61,778 nt of DNA from a virus. Lineage: Duplodnaviria > Heunggongvirae > Uroviricota > Caudoviricetes. The notes under the pieces were generated by a model. That model searched no databases, was not told the origin of the DNA, and saw only the letters and a program-made list of their open reading frames with translations. The stretch lies in IMG/VR virus record IMGVR_UViG_2778261381_000005. One strand, written 5' to 3'. Each line of letters opens with the position of its first letter. Positions within the stretch are counted from its first letter, which is position 1. The position numbers were made by a program, and so were the translations under genes. Below, piece after piece: positions 31,601 through 43,321 of this stretch.

Positions 31601-31801
31601 CTGTTCCCGAACGTTGGCCAGCATCGCCGACTGAGATTTTACGGAAATAAATTCATAGCCCTGATTCCGCAGATCCTGAATCAGTTCACGTTCCAGGTCC
31701 GATTCGCTCTGGTAGCTGTCGCCTGTTTGCTCGGCTTTGATGTACTTATCAAGAACGATAAAGTTATTGGATTCAGCAATGGTGTGTGTCTGATGAGTCA
31801 T
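28685..31801 (-). CDS. hsdR: type I restriction enzyme R subunit (EcoR124-like, type IC)
   Basis: 1038 aa; helicase motifs TGSGKT, DECHRS, SRTNR; N-terminus resembles EcoR124I HsdR as I recall it. Confidence 0.9.
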   Translation of the reverse strand: MTHQTHTIAESNNFIVLDKYIKAEQTGDSYQSESDLERELIQDLRNQGYEFISVKSQSAMLANVREQLQNLNGVVFNDSEWRRFTEQYLDNPSDGILDKTRKIHIDYICDFIFDDERLENIYLIDKKNLMRNKVQIIQQFEQTGSHANRYDVTILVNGLPLVQIELKKRGVAIREAFNQIHRYSKESFNSENSLFKYLQLFVISNGTDTRYFANTTKRDKNSFDFTMNWAKSDNTLIKDLKDFTATFFQKHTLLNVLVNYSVFDVSQTLLVMRPYQIAATERILWKIKSSFTAKNWSKPESGGYIWHTTGSGKTLTSFKAARLATELDFIDKVFFVVDRKDLDYQTMNEYKRFSPDSVNGSENTAGLKRNLDKDDNKIIVTTIQKLNNLMKAESDLPVYNQQVVFIFDECHRSQFGEAQKNLKKKFKRYYQFGFTGTPIFPENALGSETTASVFGRELHSYVITDAIRDEKVLKFKVDYNDVRPQFKSLETETDEKKLSAAENQQAFLHPMRIQEITQYILNNFRQKTHRTFPGSKGFNAMLAVSSVDAAKAYYATFKRLQEEAANKSATYKPLRVATIFSFAANEEQNAIGEISDETFDTSAMDSSAKEFLDAAIREYNSYFKTNFSTDSNGFQNYYRDLAQRVKNQDIDLLIVVGMFLTGFDAPTLNTLFVDKNLRFHGLMQAFSRTNRIYDATKTFGNIVTFRDLERSTIDAITLFGDKNTKNVVLEKSYAEYMEGFTDAATGEAKRGFMAVVSELEQRFPDPASIESEKEKKDFVKLFGEYLRAENILQNYDEFATLKALQQIDLSDPVAVEKFKAEHYVDDEKFAELQTIRLPAERKIQDYRSAYNDIRDWQRREKEAEKKEKSTTDWDDVVFEVDLLKSQEINLDYILGLIFEHNRQNKGKGEMIEEVKRLIRSSLGNRAKEGLVVDFIQQTNLDDLPDKASIIEAFFTFAQREQQREAEALIKEENLNEEAAKRYIRTSLKREYATENGTELNETLPKLSPLNPQYKTKKQTVFQKIVTFIEKFKGVGGQI

Positions 31802-31922
31802 AGCGCATCCTTTGTGCCGTCTGGCAAGGGCCGGAAGGGCTTTAAGGGCGACTTCCGGCGTGTAAAAAATAGTCTCTATATAGACCGGATGTTAAGGTGA
31901 TCCGGTCGGTAGCAATGGTCAA

Positions 31923-33178
<1,256 letters not shown>

Positions 33179-33182
<4 letters not shown>

Positions 33183-34741
33183 GCCTGTACCTCGCTACCT
33201 TCAATCTCAGCAACAATCGCATCAATATCTTTACGCAACTGGTCGATTTTGCTGACCGTGGTTTTCAGCTCAGCATTCAGCTCAGCGATATCGATAATTT
33301 CGCGAGTATCTTTCGCTTCCACATAGCTGCTCACCGACAGGTTATAGTCATTCGCGACAACAGTCTCAAACGCAACAGATTTCGCCAGATGAGCAACATC
33401 TTCCTTGCTGGCAAATACCTGCATAATCTGTTCGATATGAGCATCGGTCAGAATGTTGTTGTTAGTCTCTTTTTTGAACAGTTCGCTGGCATCAATAAAC
33501 TGAACTTTGGTATCCGTTTTATGTTTAGACAGCACCAGAATATTGACGGCAATAGTGGTGCCAAAGAACAGATTCGGTGCCAGTGAAATCACGGTTTCGA
33601 CATAGTTATTGTCGACCAGATACTGACGGATTTTCTGCTCCGCGCCGCCACGGTAAAAAATGCCTGGGAAGCAGACAATCGCAGCGCGACCTTTGGCCGA
33701 AAGATAGTTCAGCGCATGTAATACAAACGCAAAGTCAGCTTTGGATTTGGGGGCCAGAACGCCAGCCGGGGCAAAACGTTCATCGTTAATCAGCGTCGGG
33801 TCATCGCTGCCAATCCATTTCACCGAATACGGCGGGTTAGAAACGATGGCATCAAACGGTTTTTCATCTCTGAAGTGCGGCTCAGTCAGTGTATTACCCA
33901 GCTTGATATCAAACTTGTCGTAGTTGATGTTGTGCAAAAACATGTTCATACGCGCCAGGTTATAGGTCGTATGGTTGATTTCCTGACCAAAAAAACCTTC
34001 TTCGATGATATGGTCATCAAACTGTTTTTTCGCCTGCAACAACAGCGAACCGGAGCCTGCTGCCGGGTCGTAGATTTTGTTAACGTGGGTCTGCCCGTGC
34101 ATAGCCAGTTGTGCAATCAGCTTAGAGACGTGCTGCGGTGTAAAGAACTCGCCGCCGGACTTACCGGCATTCGCCGCATAGTTAGAAATCAGGAACTCAT
34201 AGGCGTCACCGAACAGGTCAATCTGATGTTCATGGAAGTCACCAAGTTTTAGCCCTTCAACCCCTTTCAGAACCGCAGCCAAGCGGGCATTTTTATCTTT
34301 AACGGTGTTACCCAGGCGGTTACTGGTGGTATCGAAATCAGCAAACAAACCTTTGATGTCAGCTTCTGAAGGATAACCGTAAGCAGAACTTTCGATAGCA
34401 ACGAAGATGCTGTTTAAATCTGCATTCAGTCTGTCATTAGTATTTGCTTTCGCAGCTACGTTGCAGAAAAGCTGACTGGGGTAGATGAAGTAGCCTTTAG
34501 TTTTGATGGCATCGTCTTTAATGTCATCAGTAATTACGCTGTCATCCAGTTTCGCATAACAGATACTGTCATCACCGGCTTCAATATAACTGGAAAAATT
34601 TTCGCTGATAAAACGGTAAAAAAGCGCGCCCAAAACGTACTGCTTAAAATCCCATCCATCGACTGAACCCCTGACATCGTTAGCAATTTGCCAGATCTGG
34701 CGATGAAGCTCTGCACGTTGTTGAATACTTGTCATTTTCAT
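33179..34741 (-). CDS. hsdM: type I restriction-modification methyltransferase subunit
   Basis: 520 aa; N6-adenine MTase motifs DPAAGSGS and NPPY; operon order hsdM-hsdS-hsdR. Confidence 0.9.
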
Positions 34742-35093
34742 CCACTTATTTCAGGTTTAAGTAATTGGATGTGATTCTACAGCAACTTGGATGCTTTAGC
34801 AGTTCGGACATTAGGTAACGAATGACCTAATTAGAGCTTTTTGGAAAAGCGGTATTGTCGGTGCGATTTTAGCTATGTCTGGGTGTGCGATGGTGCAATA
34901 CAATGACGGTGAAAAGGTTAGCATCCAGTTCGATGGCTGGTATTGGCTTGGATAGCCTGCCAAAAAACGCAGATAAAGCCTGTCAGCAATACGGAAAGTC
35001 TAAAGCTGTATATCTGCATAGCGCGAACGCTAACCCTCATCTTGCGCCTGGTACGGGTGTTCAGAATACCATCTGGAAATGTGAGCCTTAAAC

Positions 35094-35345
35094 ATGAGCA
35101 ACTGGAACATAGCAGCCAAAAGCCAGGAAGAAAGGAATAAAGTTAACGTTGACCTGGCTGCCAGGGGGGTTGCCTACAAAGAGCGATTGAACATACCCGT
35201 CATAGCGGAACAGGTAGCCCGTGAGCAACCTGAGAACCTGCGCACCTATTTCATGGAACGGCTACGGCACTACCGGCAGTTAAGCCTCCTGCTGCCAAAA
35301 GGAAACGATCCGGTATATCAGAAAGAAGATATAGCCAAAAAATAA
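35094..35345 (+). CDS. hypothetical protein
   Basis: ORF only; weak RBS. Confidence 0.3.
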   Translation: MSNWNIAAKSQEERNKVNVDLAARGVAYKERLNIPVIAEQVAREQPENLRTYFMERLRHYRQLSLLLPKGNDPVYQKEDIAKK

Positions 35346-35405
35346 CGCGCCACCAGACGAGCGCAAAGCATCGCGCTATTGCACACTTCAAGCATCTTTA
35401 ATGTA

Positions 35406-35425
35406 TACTGTATGGATAAACAGTA
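35406..35425 (+). promoter_or_regulatory. LexA (SOS) box
   Basis: TACTGTATGGATAAACAGTA fits CTGT-N8-ACAG; 18 nt upstream of umuD'-like ATG. Confidence 0.7.
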
Positions 35426-35443
35426 CTCTGAGGTGAAAACGCT

Positions 35444-35833
35444 ATGGGCTTCCCTTCTCCTGCGGCGGATTATGCTGAGAGCCGTATTTCTCTTGATCAG
35501 CAGATAATTAGACATCCTTCAGCGACCTACTTCATGAGGGCAGCTGATAGTCATCATCGTGAGGGAATATTACAGGGTGCATTGCTGGTGGTCGATTCCT
35601 CACTTACCCCGGTTGATGGTTCTCTGCTTGTATGCGCTCTGGATGGGGAATATCGCGTAAAAAGATACCGGAAGTACCCACGTCAGCATCTGGAGGATTT
35701 AAGAACCGGTAAGAAGGAAGCATTGCCAAAGGATGACGATGGATGCACGGGCAGCAATGCCGTGTTTGGTGTGATCACTCACATTATCAACGACGCAAGA
35801 AGTGGCGAGTTTGATGATTGTCCCGTGATGTAG
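35444..35833 (+). CDS. UmuD'-like protein (S24 LexA-family fold lacking the N-terminal arm)
   Basis: Starts M-GFPSPAADY, aligning from Gly25 of E. coli UmuD (recalled); SATYF, VFGVITHII conserved; in-frame stop 13 nt upstream. Confidence 0.6.
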   Translation: MGFPSPAADYAESRISLDQQIIRHPSATYFMRAADSHHREGILQGALLVVDSSLTPVDGSLLVCALDGEYRVKRYRKYPRQHLEDLRTGKKEALPKDDDGCTGSNAVFGVITHIINDARSGEFDDCPVM

Positions 35834-35845
35834 GAGAACTGATTA

Positions 35846-35869
35846 GGCGGTGCAATGCACCGCCTTTTA
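35846..35869 (+). terminator. rho-independent terminator
   Basis: GGCGGTGCA atg CACCGCC followed by TTTT. Confidence 0.6.
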
Positions 35870-36970
35870 TCACACTGCGCGGAATGCGATTTCGCCAGGT
35901 ATTACTTCACCTTGCCAATACATTTGGGCGGCAACGCGATCTGCGAGGTCACGATAAATAGCCGTAAATTCGCTATCTGGACGACTAATAACGGTTGGTG
36001 TTCCGTTATCCAGATCTTCACGAAGAGAGATATGAAGTGGCATTTGGCCTAACAACTGCGTGTTGTATTTCTCGGCCAGTTTCTGTGCGCCACCGGTGCC
36101 AAAAATTGGCTCGTGATGACCGCAGTTACTGCAAATATGCACACTCATGTTTTCGACGATACCCAGTACCGGCACTTCGACTTTTTCGAACATCACAATG
36201 CCTTTCTTCGCATCGATCAGCGCGATGTCTTGCGGCGTAGTTACCACAACCGCACCAGTTACAGGAATGTTCTGCGCCAGCGTCAACTGAATATCACCAG
36301 TGCCCGGCGGCATATCGAGAACGAGATAGTCCAGATCAGGCCATAGAGTTTCCTGCAACATCTGCATCAGCGCCTTGCTGGCCATCGGTCCACGCCACAC
36401 CATTGCATTGTCGTCGGTGACCAGATAACCAATAGAGTTGGTTGCCAGGCCATGAGACATGATAGGTGCCATGTGAGTACCGTCAGGTGAGGTTGGACGT
36501 TGGTTTTCCGCGCCCAGCATGGTTGGAATTGATGGACCATAGATATCGGCATCCAAAATACCAACTTTCGCACCTTCAGCAGCCAACGCCAGTGCCAGGT
36601 TTACCGCCGTGGAGGATTTACCCACGCCGCCCTTGCCTGAGCTGACGGCGATAATGTTCTTAACGCCATTAATGCCTGGTTGGTTTTTGACGCGCTTAAG
36701 CGTGGCAATGTTGTACGACAGCTTCCAGTCAATAGCCTTTGCGCCAGTGATACGGAGCAGATCACCACTACATTGCTCTTTCAGGTCTTCAAAAGGCTTA
36801 TTCCACACGAAAGGCATGATTAGTTCGACATGCAGTGTGTCATCCATCAACGCAACATGGTGTAACGCTTTAAGCGTAGTCAGGTTGTGTTTCAGGGTTG
36901 GGTGCTGAAAATTAGCCAGCGTACCGGCTACCATTGCTCTCAGGGCATCCGGCGATTTGGACTCGCTCAT
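35870..36970 (-). CDS. mrp: Mrp/ApbC Fe-S cluster carrier ATPase
   Basis: P-loop SGKGGVGKS, C-terminal CSNCGH; divergent from metG as in E. coli. Confidence 0.9.
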   Translation of the reverse strand: MSESKSPDALRAMVAGTLANFQHPTLKHNLTTLKALHHVALMDDTLHVELIMPFVWNKPFEDLKEQCSGDLLRITGAKAIDWKLSYNIATLKRVKNQPGINGVKNIIAVSSGKGGVGKSSTAVNLALALAAEGAKVGILDADIYGPSIPTMLGAENQRPTSPDGTHMAPIMSHGLATNSIGYLVTDDNAMVWRGPMASKALMQMLQETLWPDLDYLVLDMPPGTGDIQLTLAQNIPVTGAVVVTTPQDIALIDAKKGIVMFEKVEVPVLGIVENMSVHICSNCGHHEPIFGTGGAQKLAEKYNTQLLGQMPLHISLREDLDNGTPTVISRPDSEFTAIYRDLADRVAAQMYWQGEVIPGEIAFRAV

Positions 36971-37127
36971 CCCGTCTCCTTTATTTTAATTTGCGCAATT
37001 GTCGCCTTGTAGTGTACTCCAGCTACGACATTTAATCATTTATGAGAAATGCTGTTATCACATGGCAGACATAAGGCCATTTTGTTACTATCAAGCCCCT
37101 TTTCACTACAAAGAAGTAATGCCTACT

Positions 37128-39161
37128 ATGACCCAAGTCGCGAAGAAAATTCTGGTGACGTGCGCGCTGCCGTACGCTAACGGCTCAATCCACCTCGGCC
37201 ATATGCTGGAGCACATCCAGGCTGATGTCTGGGTTCGTTACCAGCGAATGCGCGGCCACGAGGTTAATTTCATCTGTGCCGACGATGCCCACGGTACGCC
37301 GATCATGCTGAAAGCACAGCAGCTTGGTATCACACCGGAGCAGATGATTGGCGAAATGAGTCAGGAACACCAGACTGATTTCGCAGGCTTTAACATCAGC
37401 TATGACAACTATCACTCGACGCACAGCGAAGAGAACCGCCAGCTGTCTGAGCTTATCTATACTCGCCTGAAAGAGAACGGTTTTATTAAAAACCGCACTA
37501 TCTCTCAGTTGTACGACCCGGAAAAAGGCATGTTCCTGCCGGATCGTTTTGTGAAAGGCACCTGCCCGAAATGTAAAGCGCCAGATCAATACGGCGATAA
37601 CTGTGAAGTATGCGGTGCGACTTACAGCCCGACTGAACTGATTGAACCGAAATCGGTGGTTTCTGGCGCTACCCCGGTAATGCGTGATTCCGAACACTTC
37701 TTCTTTGATCTGCCTTCTTTCAGCGAAATGTTGCAGGCATGGACCCGCAGCGGCGCGTTGCAGGAGCAGGTGGCGAACAAAATGCAGGAATGGTTTGAAT
37801 CCGGCCTGCAACAGTGGGATATCTCCCGAGATGCGCCTTACTTCGGTTTTGAAATTCCGAACGCGCCGGGCAAATATTTCTACGTCTGGCTGGACGCGCC
37901 GATTGGCTACATGGGTTCCTTCAAGAATCTGTGCGACAAGCGCGGCGATACCACCAGCTTCGATGAATACTGGAAGAAAGACTCCACCGCCGAGCTGTAC
38001 CACTTCATCGGTAAAGATATTGTTTACTTCCACAGCCTGTTCTGGCCTGCCATGCTGGAAGGCAGCAACTTCCGCAAGCCGACCAACCTGTTTGTTCACG
38101 GCTATGTGACGGTGAACGGCGCGAAGATGTCCAAGTCTCGCGGCACCTTTATTAAAGCCAGCACCTGGCTGAATCATTTTGACGCCGACAGCCTGCGTTA
38201 CTACTACACTGCGAAACTCTCTTCGCGCATTGATGATATCGATCTCAACCTGGAGGATTTCGTTCAGCGCGTGAATGCCGATATCGTGAACAAAGTGGTT
38301 AACCTGGCCTCCCGTAATGCAGGCTTTATCAACAAGCGTTTTGACGGCGTGCTGGCAAGCGAACTGGCTGACCCGCAACTGTACAAAACCTTTACTGATG
38401 CCGCTGAAGTGATTGGCGAAGCATGGGAAAGCCGCGAATTTGGTAAAGCTATCCGTGAAATCATGGCATTGGCTGACCTGGCTAACCGCTATGTCGATGA
38501 ACAGGCTCCGTGGGTGGTGGCGAAGCAGGAAGGACGCGATGCCGATCTGCAGGCGATTTGCTCTATGGGCATTAACCTGTTCCGCGTGCTGATGACGTAC
38601 CTGAAGCCGGTACTGCCGAAACTGACTGAACGTGCAGAAGCATTCCTGAATACAGAACTGACCTGGGATGGTATCCAGCAACCGCTGCTGGCGCACAAAG
38701 TTAATCCGTTCAAAGCACTGTATAACCGCATCGACATGAAGCAGGTTGAAGCACTGGTGGAAGCCTCTAAAGAAGAAGTGAAAGCCACTGCCGCGCCAGT
38801 TACTGGCCCGCTGGCAGACGATCCGATTCAGGAAACCATCACCTTTGATGACTTCGCCAAAGTTGACCTGCGCGTGGCGCTGATTGAAAACGCGGAGTTT
38901 GTTGAAGGCTCTGACAAACTGCTGCGTCTGACGCTGGATCTAGGTGGTGAAAAACGCAATGTCTTCTCAGGCATCCGTTCTGCTTATCCAGACCCACAGG
39001 CACTGATTGGTCGTCACACCATTATGGTGGCTAACCTGGCTCCGCGTAAAATGCGCTTCGGTATCTCCGAAGGTATGGTGATGGCTGCTGGCCCCGGTGG
39101 GAAAGATATCTTCCTGTTAAGCCCGGATGCTGGTGCTAAACCTGGCCACCAGGTTAAGTAA
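37128..39161 (+). CDS. metG: methionyl-tRNA synthetase
   Basis: HLGHMLEH (HIGH), KMSKS, zinc knuckle CPKC...CEVCG; ORF-track start at 36999 rejected in favour of ATG 37128 (MTQVAKKIL). Confidence 0.95.
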   Translation: MTQVAKKILVTCALPYANGSIHLGHMLEHIQADVWVRYQRMRGHEVNFICADDAHGTPIMLKAQQLGITPEQMIGEMSQEHQTDFAGFNISYDNYHSTHSEENRQLSELIYTRLKENGFIKNRTISQLYDPEKGMFLPDRFVKGTCPKCKAPDQYGDNCEVCGATYSPTELIEPKSVVSGATPVMRDSEHFFFDLPSFSEMLQAWTRSGALQEQVANKMQEWFESGLQQWDISRDAPYFGFEIPNAPGKYFYVWLDAPIGYMGSFKNLCDKRGDTTSFDEYWKKDSTAELYHFIGKDIVYFHSLFWPAMLEGSNFRKPTNLFVHGYVTVNGAKMSKSRGTFIKASTWLNHFDADSLRYYYTAKLSSRIDDIDLNLEDFVQRVNADIVNKVVNLASRNAGFINKRFDGVLASELADPQLYKTFTDAAEVIGEAWESREFGKAIREIMALADLANRYVDEQAPWVVAKQEGRDADLQAICSMGINLFRVLMTYLKPVLPKLTERAEAFLNTELTWDGIQQPLLAHKVNPFKALYNRIDMKQVEALVEASKEEVKATAAPVTGPLADDPIQETITFDDFAKVDLRVALIENAEFVEGSDKLLRLTLDLGGEKRNVFSGIRSAYPDPQALIGRHTIMVANLAPRKMRFGISEGMVMAAGPGGKDIFLLSPDAGAKPGHQVK

Positions 39162-39183
39162 TTAAACAACCTCTCTTCGCAAT

Positions 39184-39208
39184 GCCCGGCAACACGCCGG
39201 GCATTTTC
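39184..39208 (+). terminator. rho-independent terminator of metG
   Basis: GCCCGGC aacac GCCGGGC followed by ATTTTCAT. Confidence 0.6.
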
Positions 39209-39293
39209 ATATAGACACAATCCCTTCTGATTTACACAGTACCTAAAACAATTTGTTTTCTGCCTTTTGTTGATGGAGATAATAAACCACATA

Positions 39294-39312
39294 AGAAAAC
39301 AACTTGTTTTGG
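39294..39312 (+). promoter_or_regulatory. motif 1 palindrome (second copy at 39243-39262)
   Basis: aagaaaacaacttgttttgg; first motif 1 after the host-type block. Confidence 0.45.
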
Positions 39313-39313
39313 A

Positions 39314-39622
39314 GTGGTTGAAATGTTGAACATTACCCAAGCCTACCAGGTGGCATTGATCAGCTCATCTCATACATCAGAGGAAGATGCTCGCCGATTC
39401 ATGATCGCAAGCAATGAGCTGGATTGGGTTTCGCAAATTGACGGCGGTTGTATTGTCCACGCCGGGTTACAGGATGATGTCTGGAAAGACGACTTGCGTC
39501 GATATGGTATATCCGAAGGCGCGATTGCTAACATTCAGAAAGTACTTGATGTAGGCTTTGACTCTGTACATTTTGATTGTGGTGCGCCGGTCGTTGAAGG
39601 GCTTGAGTGCTGGAACTGGTAA
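39314..39622 (+). CDS. hypothetical protein
   Basis: RBS ggag then ATG directly after motif 1. Confidence 0.5.
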   Translation: MVEMLNITQAYQVALISSSHTSEEDARRFMIASNELDWVSQIDGGCIVHAGLQDDVWKDDLRRYGISEGAIANIQKVLDVGFDSVHFDCGAPVVEGLECWNW

Positions 39623-39749
39623 ATCTGCAAACAGATTCAAACCGTTGATAATGGCGGTCACAATTTGATTCTTTTCTATAAGAATCCGTTGATCGCCACT
39701 ACTCCCCTTCCATACCCGCAATCACATCCTTAAATATCAATAAGTTATA

Positions 39750-40560
39750 GTTGTTTATACAATCAAGAAAACAACTGAATAACAGATCAACGAAACATCA
39801 ACGCTTTCATCCGATTTGGTCTAAAAAATTGACGTTTTCACACATCACTGCTTATACCCGTAATTCTACGCAGCAGACAGCGCCACAGCGTCCAATTTTC
39901 ACCACAGACGACCCAACACACTACCAACAAAAACACACGCTCAAAATCGTTCCCGTTGCGTTACACAACCATATAAACAACTTATTTTCAGGCATAACAA
40001 AACAACTAAATAACACACATGCCATTCCCCAAAACAACCAACCTCTTTATGGCAGGCTACCGAAAAGACCCACCTCTTCTCCCCAGGCTACCGGACAACC
40101 AACCTAACTTTCACAGGCAATCCGAAAACATTCATACGCGCGATACCCACGACACGCCATTACCCAAACAGCGAAGAAACACCTGAACCGCTGAAACCCC
40201 AACGAAGCCTGTAACCGCAAGGTTTCTCTCAATCCCAAAAGACACGAAACATAACAATCACGGGAAACGCCATTACCCAATACACGAATAACTACAAAAG
40301 CCTTTCACACACTCCAGACAAACAACTCAAACACAATAACGAAAGCAATCGCCCACCTGCCATTACTCCATACACGGAGAAGAACAATCACCAAAACGAC
40401 GAGAACACCCCATAGAAGAACCACCGCAAAACGAACGAAACCATTTACACCGACAGAGAGAACAACACGCCCAATTCACCAACAGAAATAGTCGCCGTAT
40501 AGAACATTCTGGAAGGAGTGAGCATTAACGCCTATAGAGAGGTTGAGACAGATAAAACAC
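39750..40560. repeat. non-coding region with strong C+A over G+T strand skew and dispersed repeats
   Basis: Repeats ACGCCATTACCCAA at 40154, 40269, 40355; CAGGCTACCG at 40040-40110; ORF-track ORFs here are low-complexity. Confidence 0.6.
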
Positions 40561-40679
40561 AACATGTATAGCGAAGAAGCCAGGTATGTATAAGTGGGGA
40601 GGGAAGGAGGGGTGTCGCCTCCTTTTTCGTATTTATTCAACTCCTGATTTTATCCCCCGTAACACCCCTACGGTCAGCC

Positions 40680-40860
40680 TTCGGTCCATACAGGGAAAAG
40701 GTTGCATCCCGCTACAGAAACGGCTGGGTTGCCTTCGGGGAACGGCTGGAGGTTTTCAGGGAAACGGTCGAGTTGCCTGTGTGGGTTTCGGGAAAAGGCT
40801 CGATGCCGGTTCAGGAACGGCGGCGTACCGGTATAGCGTGAGGGAGAGTTGCGGCTACCC
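40680..40860. repeat. degenerate tandem repeats with GGAAACGG core (about 6 copies, 22-30 bp period)
   Basis: ggaaaaggttgc, agaaacggctgg, ggaacggctgg, ggaaacggtcgag, ggaaaaggctcg, gaacggcggc. Confidence 0.55.
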
Positions 40861-41154
40861 ACCTGTAATGTGCGGGAAGAAGAGAGGCGCTCACGTGCAG
40901 GCGAACTTACTTACCGCTGGATTCCCTCTGAATGCCCAGCTACAGCGTAATTGTGCCAGACAGCCAACGGGTCACAATCGATTTCAGTAGGTTTTCGGGG
41001 AGATGATTATTCTGCCCACCAGCCACCTTCGGCCACTAAATCAGAATAATGTAAAAAGTGTTCTCGGTACTGAACCTGAAAACTCACTGCCAAAACCACA
41101 TTCACCGGAATAAAATCCTTTTTCGCCTGTGCGTTATTGCGATAATAACACCAT

Positions 41155-41176
41155 CAAGAAAACATGTTGTTTAAGG
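41155..41176 (+). promoter_or_regulatory. motif 1 palindrome with extended upstream box CGATAATnACACCAnCAAGAAAAC
   Basis: caagaaaacatgttgtttaagg; extended box shared with 43265 and 43755 copies. Confidence 0.45.
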
Positions 41177-41184
41177 ATTGCTTT

Positions 41185-41514
41185 ATGTTTGCACATATCG
41201 ACATCAACCAAATCAAGAAATTGACTCAAAAAGAGTTTGACCAGTTCTATGAGCTGGAAGGTTGGTCTTCCACTCTGATCAATTCGCGGTGGGTGCTTGA
41301 GCTGATGACTCGTGATGATGCACCTGCTTTGATGATTTGCGACATGGGTGAAGATGCTGACTTTATGGATATGAGCGAATTTTGTGTGGACACATACAAC
41401 CGCAGCCAGAAGTACTACTTCACATGCGATAGCGAAAATGACGTGATTTCTAAGGTCTATCTTCACCTCGTCCAGCATTGGGACGTTCAGGAGTTTCTTG
41501 AGGTATTCGCGTAA
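41185..41514 (+). CDS. hypothetical protein
   Basis: RBS aagga; ORF-track ATG at 41164 lies inside motif 1. Confidence 0.5.
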   Translation: MFAHIDINQIKKLTQKEFDQFYELEGWSSTLINSRWVLELMTRDDAPALMICDMGEDADFMDMSEFCVDTYNRSQKYYFTCDSENDVISKVYLHLVQHWDVQEFLEVFA

Positions 41515-41582
41515 TCCCAACCAAAGCCAGCATTGCTGGCTTAATTTCTCTATAGCCGCAGGGAAGAACCTGCATATCGATC

Positions 41583-41978
41583 ATGCACCTGATCATTATG
41601 CTTTGTAGCCGTTTTCTTACTGGTATTATTTACGCCATTGAGAAAACAAGTTGTTTACGGAGTTGTGATGAAAAAATCATTGGTTCTTGGTCTGGACAAA
41701 GACCAGAAGAGAAAGAGAAGCCTGCGCTGGTTGCTCAATTAACTTTGCTGGACATCGTTGCCAATGGAACCTCTATTCGTCTGTTCCGTGAAACAGCGGT
41801 GTCTTTCGATAAAAACACCTTTACTCGTTATGTAATGAATGTTCGTCGCCAGCGTGGAAAAGGCTGGGTGGCATTTCAAAGAATGTGGCCGGAACATCAG
41901 CTCGAACTGGCCTTGATGGAAGTTAACCGCGTGGCCCAGCAAGAGATTCAGAGAGCATCAGTGATGGCAATAGCCTGA
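41583..41978 (+). CDS. hypothetical protein; start uncertain, possible frameshifted gene
   Basis: Motif 1 and RBS point to ATG 41668 in +1 frame, which stops after 24 codons; see findings. Confidence 0.3.
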   Translation: MHLIIMLCSRFLTGIIYAIEKTSCLRSCDEKIIGSWSGQRPEEKEKPALVAQLTLLDIVANGTSIRLFRETAVSFDKNTFTRYVMNVRRQRGKGWVAFQRMWPEHQLELALMEVNRVAQQEIQRASVMAIA

Positions 41979-42012
41979 TAATGTGCAAGTGGTAATTAGT
42001 CGACAGTACGAC

Positions 42013-42040
42013 AGCCCCGCCATCCTTACGGGGCTTTTTT
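42013..42040 (+). terminator. rho-independent terminator
   Basis: GCCCCGC catcctta CGGGGC followed by TTTTTT. Confidence 0.65.
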
Positions 42041-42104
42041 GTATTGTAAGTACATACTTACGATCATAGAATATAAAAATAACCAATACACTACGGAGAG
42101 TGAA

Positions 42105-42500
42105 ATGACCATTAAACGCGAAAAACTGACAGTTGATGTTTACTATGCCTCTGAAACCGCCGAAGGTAAGAATGTGGCAAAAATCACCGTTGTTACGTAC
42201 AACACCGAAACTGGCGCCGAAGTACAGGCCAGTACGATCGTGCGTAAAGGTGATGACTCCGACGGCGAGTACGCGACTCAATACCAGTCCATTCTCGATG
42301 CAACTGACCCGCTGCTGCTGAAAATCGAGAGCTACTTCCGCCAGGTTGATGAAGAGGTGTTTGAAACCATGATGAATATGGTTAACACCGTATTCGCCTC
42401 CAACCTGAATACCAACACTACCTGGATTGGTCAGTACGGCCTGCGCATTACCTCTGGCATTCCTGCCGACACCTTAATCCCTGAAAGCGTATTCGCTTAA
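42105..42500 (+). CDS. hypothetical protein
   Basis: RBS ggagag before ATG at 42105. Confidence 0.5.
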   Translation: MTIKREKLTVDVYYASETAEGKNVAKITVVTYNTETGAEVQASTIVRKGDDSDGEYATQYQSILDATDPLLLKIESYFRQVDEEVFETMMNMVNTVFASNLNTNTTWIGQYGLRITSGIPADTLIPESVFA

Positions 42501-42511
42501 TCCTCTTTAAA

Positions 42512-42537
42512 TGGCGCGTAAACCGCGCCATTTTATT
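42512..42537 (+). terminator. rho-independent terminator
   Basis: ATGGCGCG taaac CGCGCCAT followed by TTTATT. Confidence 0.55.
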
Positions 42538-42617
42538 AAGCCCGATAACAATTTGTTTTCTGCCTTATCTGATTTGTGAAAATGATTTCACTGAAGCAAC
42601 TTAATAAGGAAACCATC

Positions 42618-42992
42618 ATGGGACTTGATATCTATATCGAGACACAGCCTAAAAACGATCTGAATAACGAGGCATCCAGAAAGCAGGTTGCTTACTTCCG
42701 TAAGTTCAATGCGCTCGTTGGGTGGATGGAGCGCAACGTAGGTGAAGTCGAAAATTGTGAGCTTTTAGAATTAACGATGAATGACATTTGTTTTCTGAAG
42801 GCTCATTTGATGCACATAAACGAAAGTAATTGCGAAGAGTACTTGCCTACCCGGGAAGGTTTTTTCTTCGGCAGTCAGGAGTACGATGAAGGTTACTGGC
42901 ATGATGTGGGGGAGTTGAAAGAGCTTGTGGAAGATCTGATTAAGAACCACGACTTTCACAATAACAGACTGACCTTCTGCGCCTGGTGGTAA
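42618..42992 (+). CDS. hypothetical protein
   Basis: RBS aagga before ATG at 42618; motif 1 at 42544-42562. Confidence 0.5.
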   Translation: MGLDIYIETQPKNDLNNEASRKQVAYFRKFNALVGWMERNVGEVENCELLELTMNDICFLKAHLMHINESNCEEYLPTREGFFFGSQEYDEGYWHDVGELKELVEDLIKNHDFHNNRLTFCAWW

Positions 42993-43143
42993 ATATGGGC
43001 GATTTCAAGAAACGCCTGAAGGAAAGAGCCGAGATGGTCAGAAAGCAAAACGCCTCTTCTGTCATCAGATACGCAAGGCAGTTTAGTCGCAACAACAAAT
43101 CAGTTGAGGAAAAGATCCTTAGCGTAATCGGGCGATAATTATT

Positions 43144-43167
43144 AAGGCCACCAGCATTGGTGGTCTT
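43144..43167 (+). terminator. terminator hairpin, copy 1 of duplicated element
   Basis: AAGGCCACCA gcat TGGTGGTCTT; near-identical copy at 43613-43640. Confidence 0.5.
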
Positions 43168-43321
43168 AAATGACTTTTAATAACCGAAGGTTAGTTTGAA
43201 ACCTGGCTATCAACTTCCAGAACCTTTCTTGTGTATTCAGCCTGTATTAACTTCTTTTATGCCTTATCTACACTGCGATAATTACACCAACAAGAAAACA
43301 ACATGTTTACGCAGTGAGGAT

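Noticed and set aside
34815-35091. Small ORFs upstream of the umuD'-like gene, including a lipoprotein-like frame (ILAMSGC) with no start codon
   Set aside because: No convincing start or RBS; possibly a gene remnant, not annotated as CDS.
36999-37127. Upstream extension of metG from the ORF-track start
   Set aside because: Would overlap the divergent mrp-metG promoter region; conserved N-terminus MTQVAKKIL begins at 37128.
37185-38696. 503-aa minus-strand ORF inside metG
   Set aside because: Antisense shadow ORF of a well-supported gene.
39751-40990. ORF-track ORFs 39751-40107 and 40586-40990
   Set aside because: Low-complexity translations inside the CA-skewed and GGAAACGG repeat regions, with no RBS; treated as non-coding.
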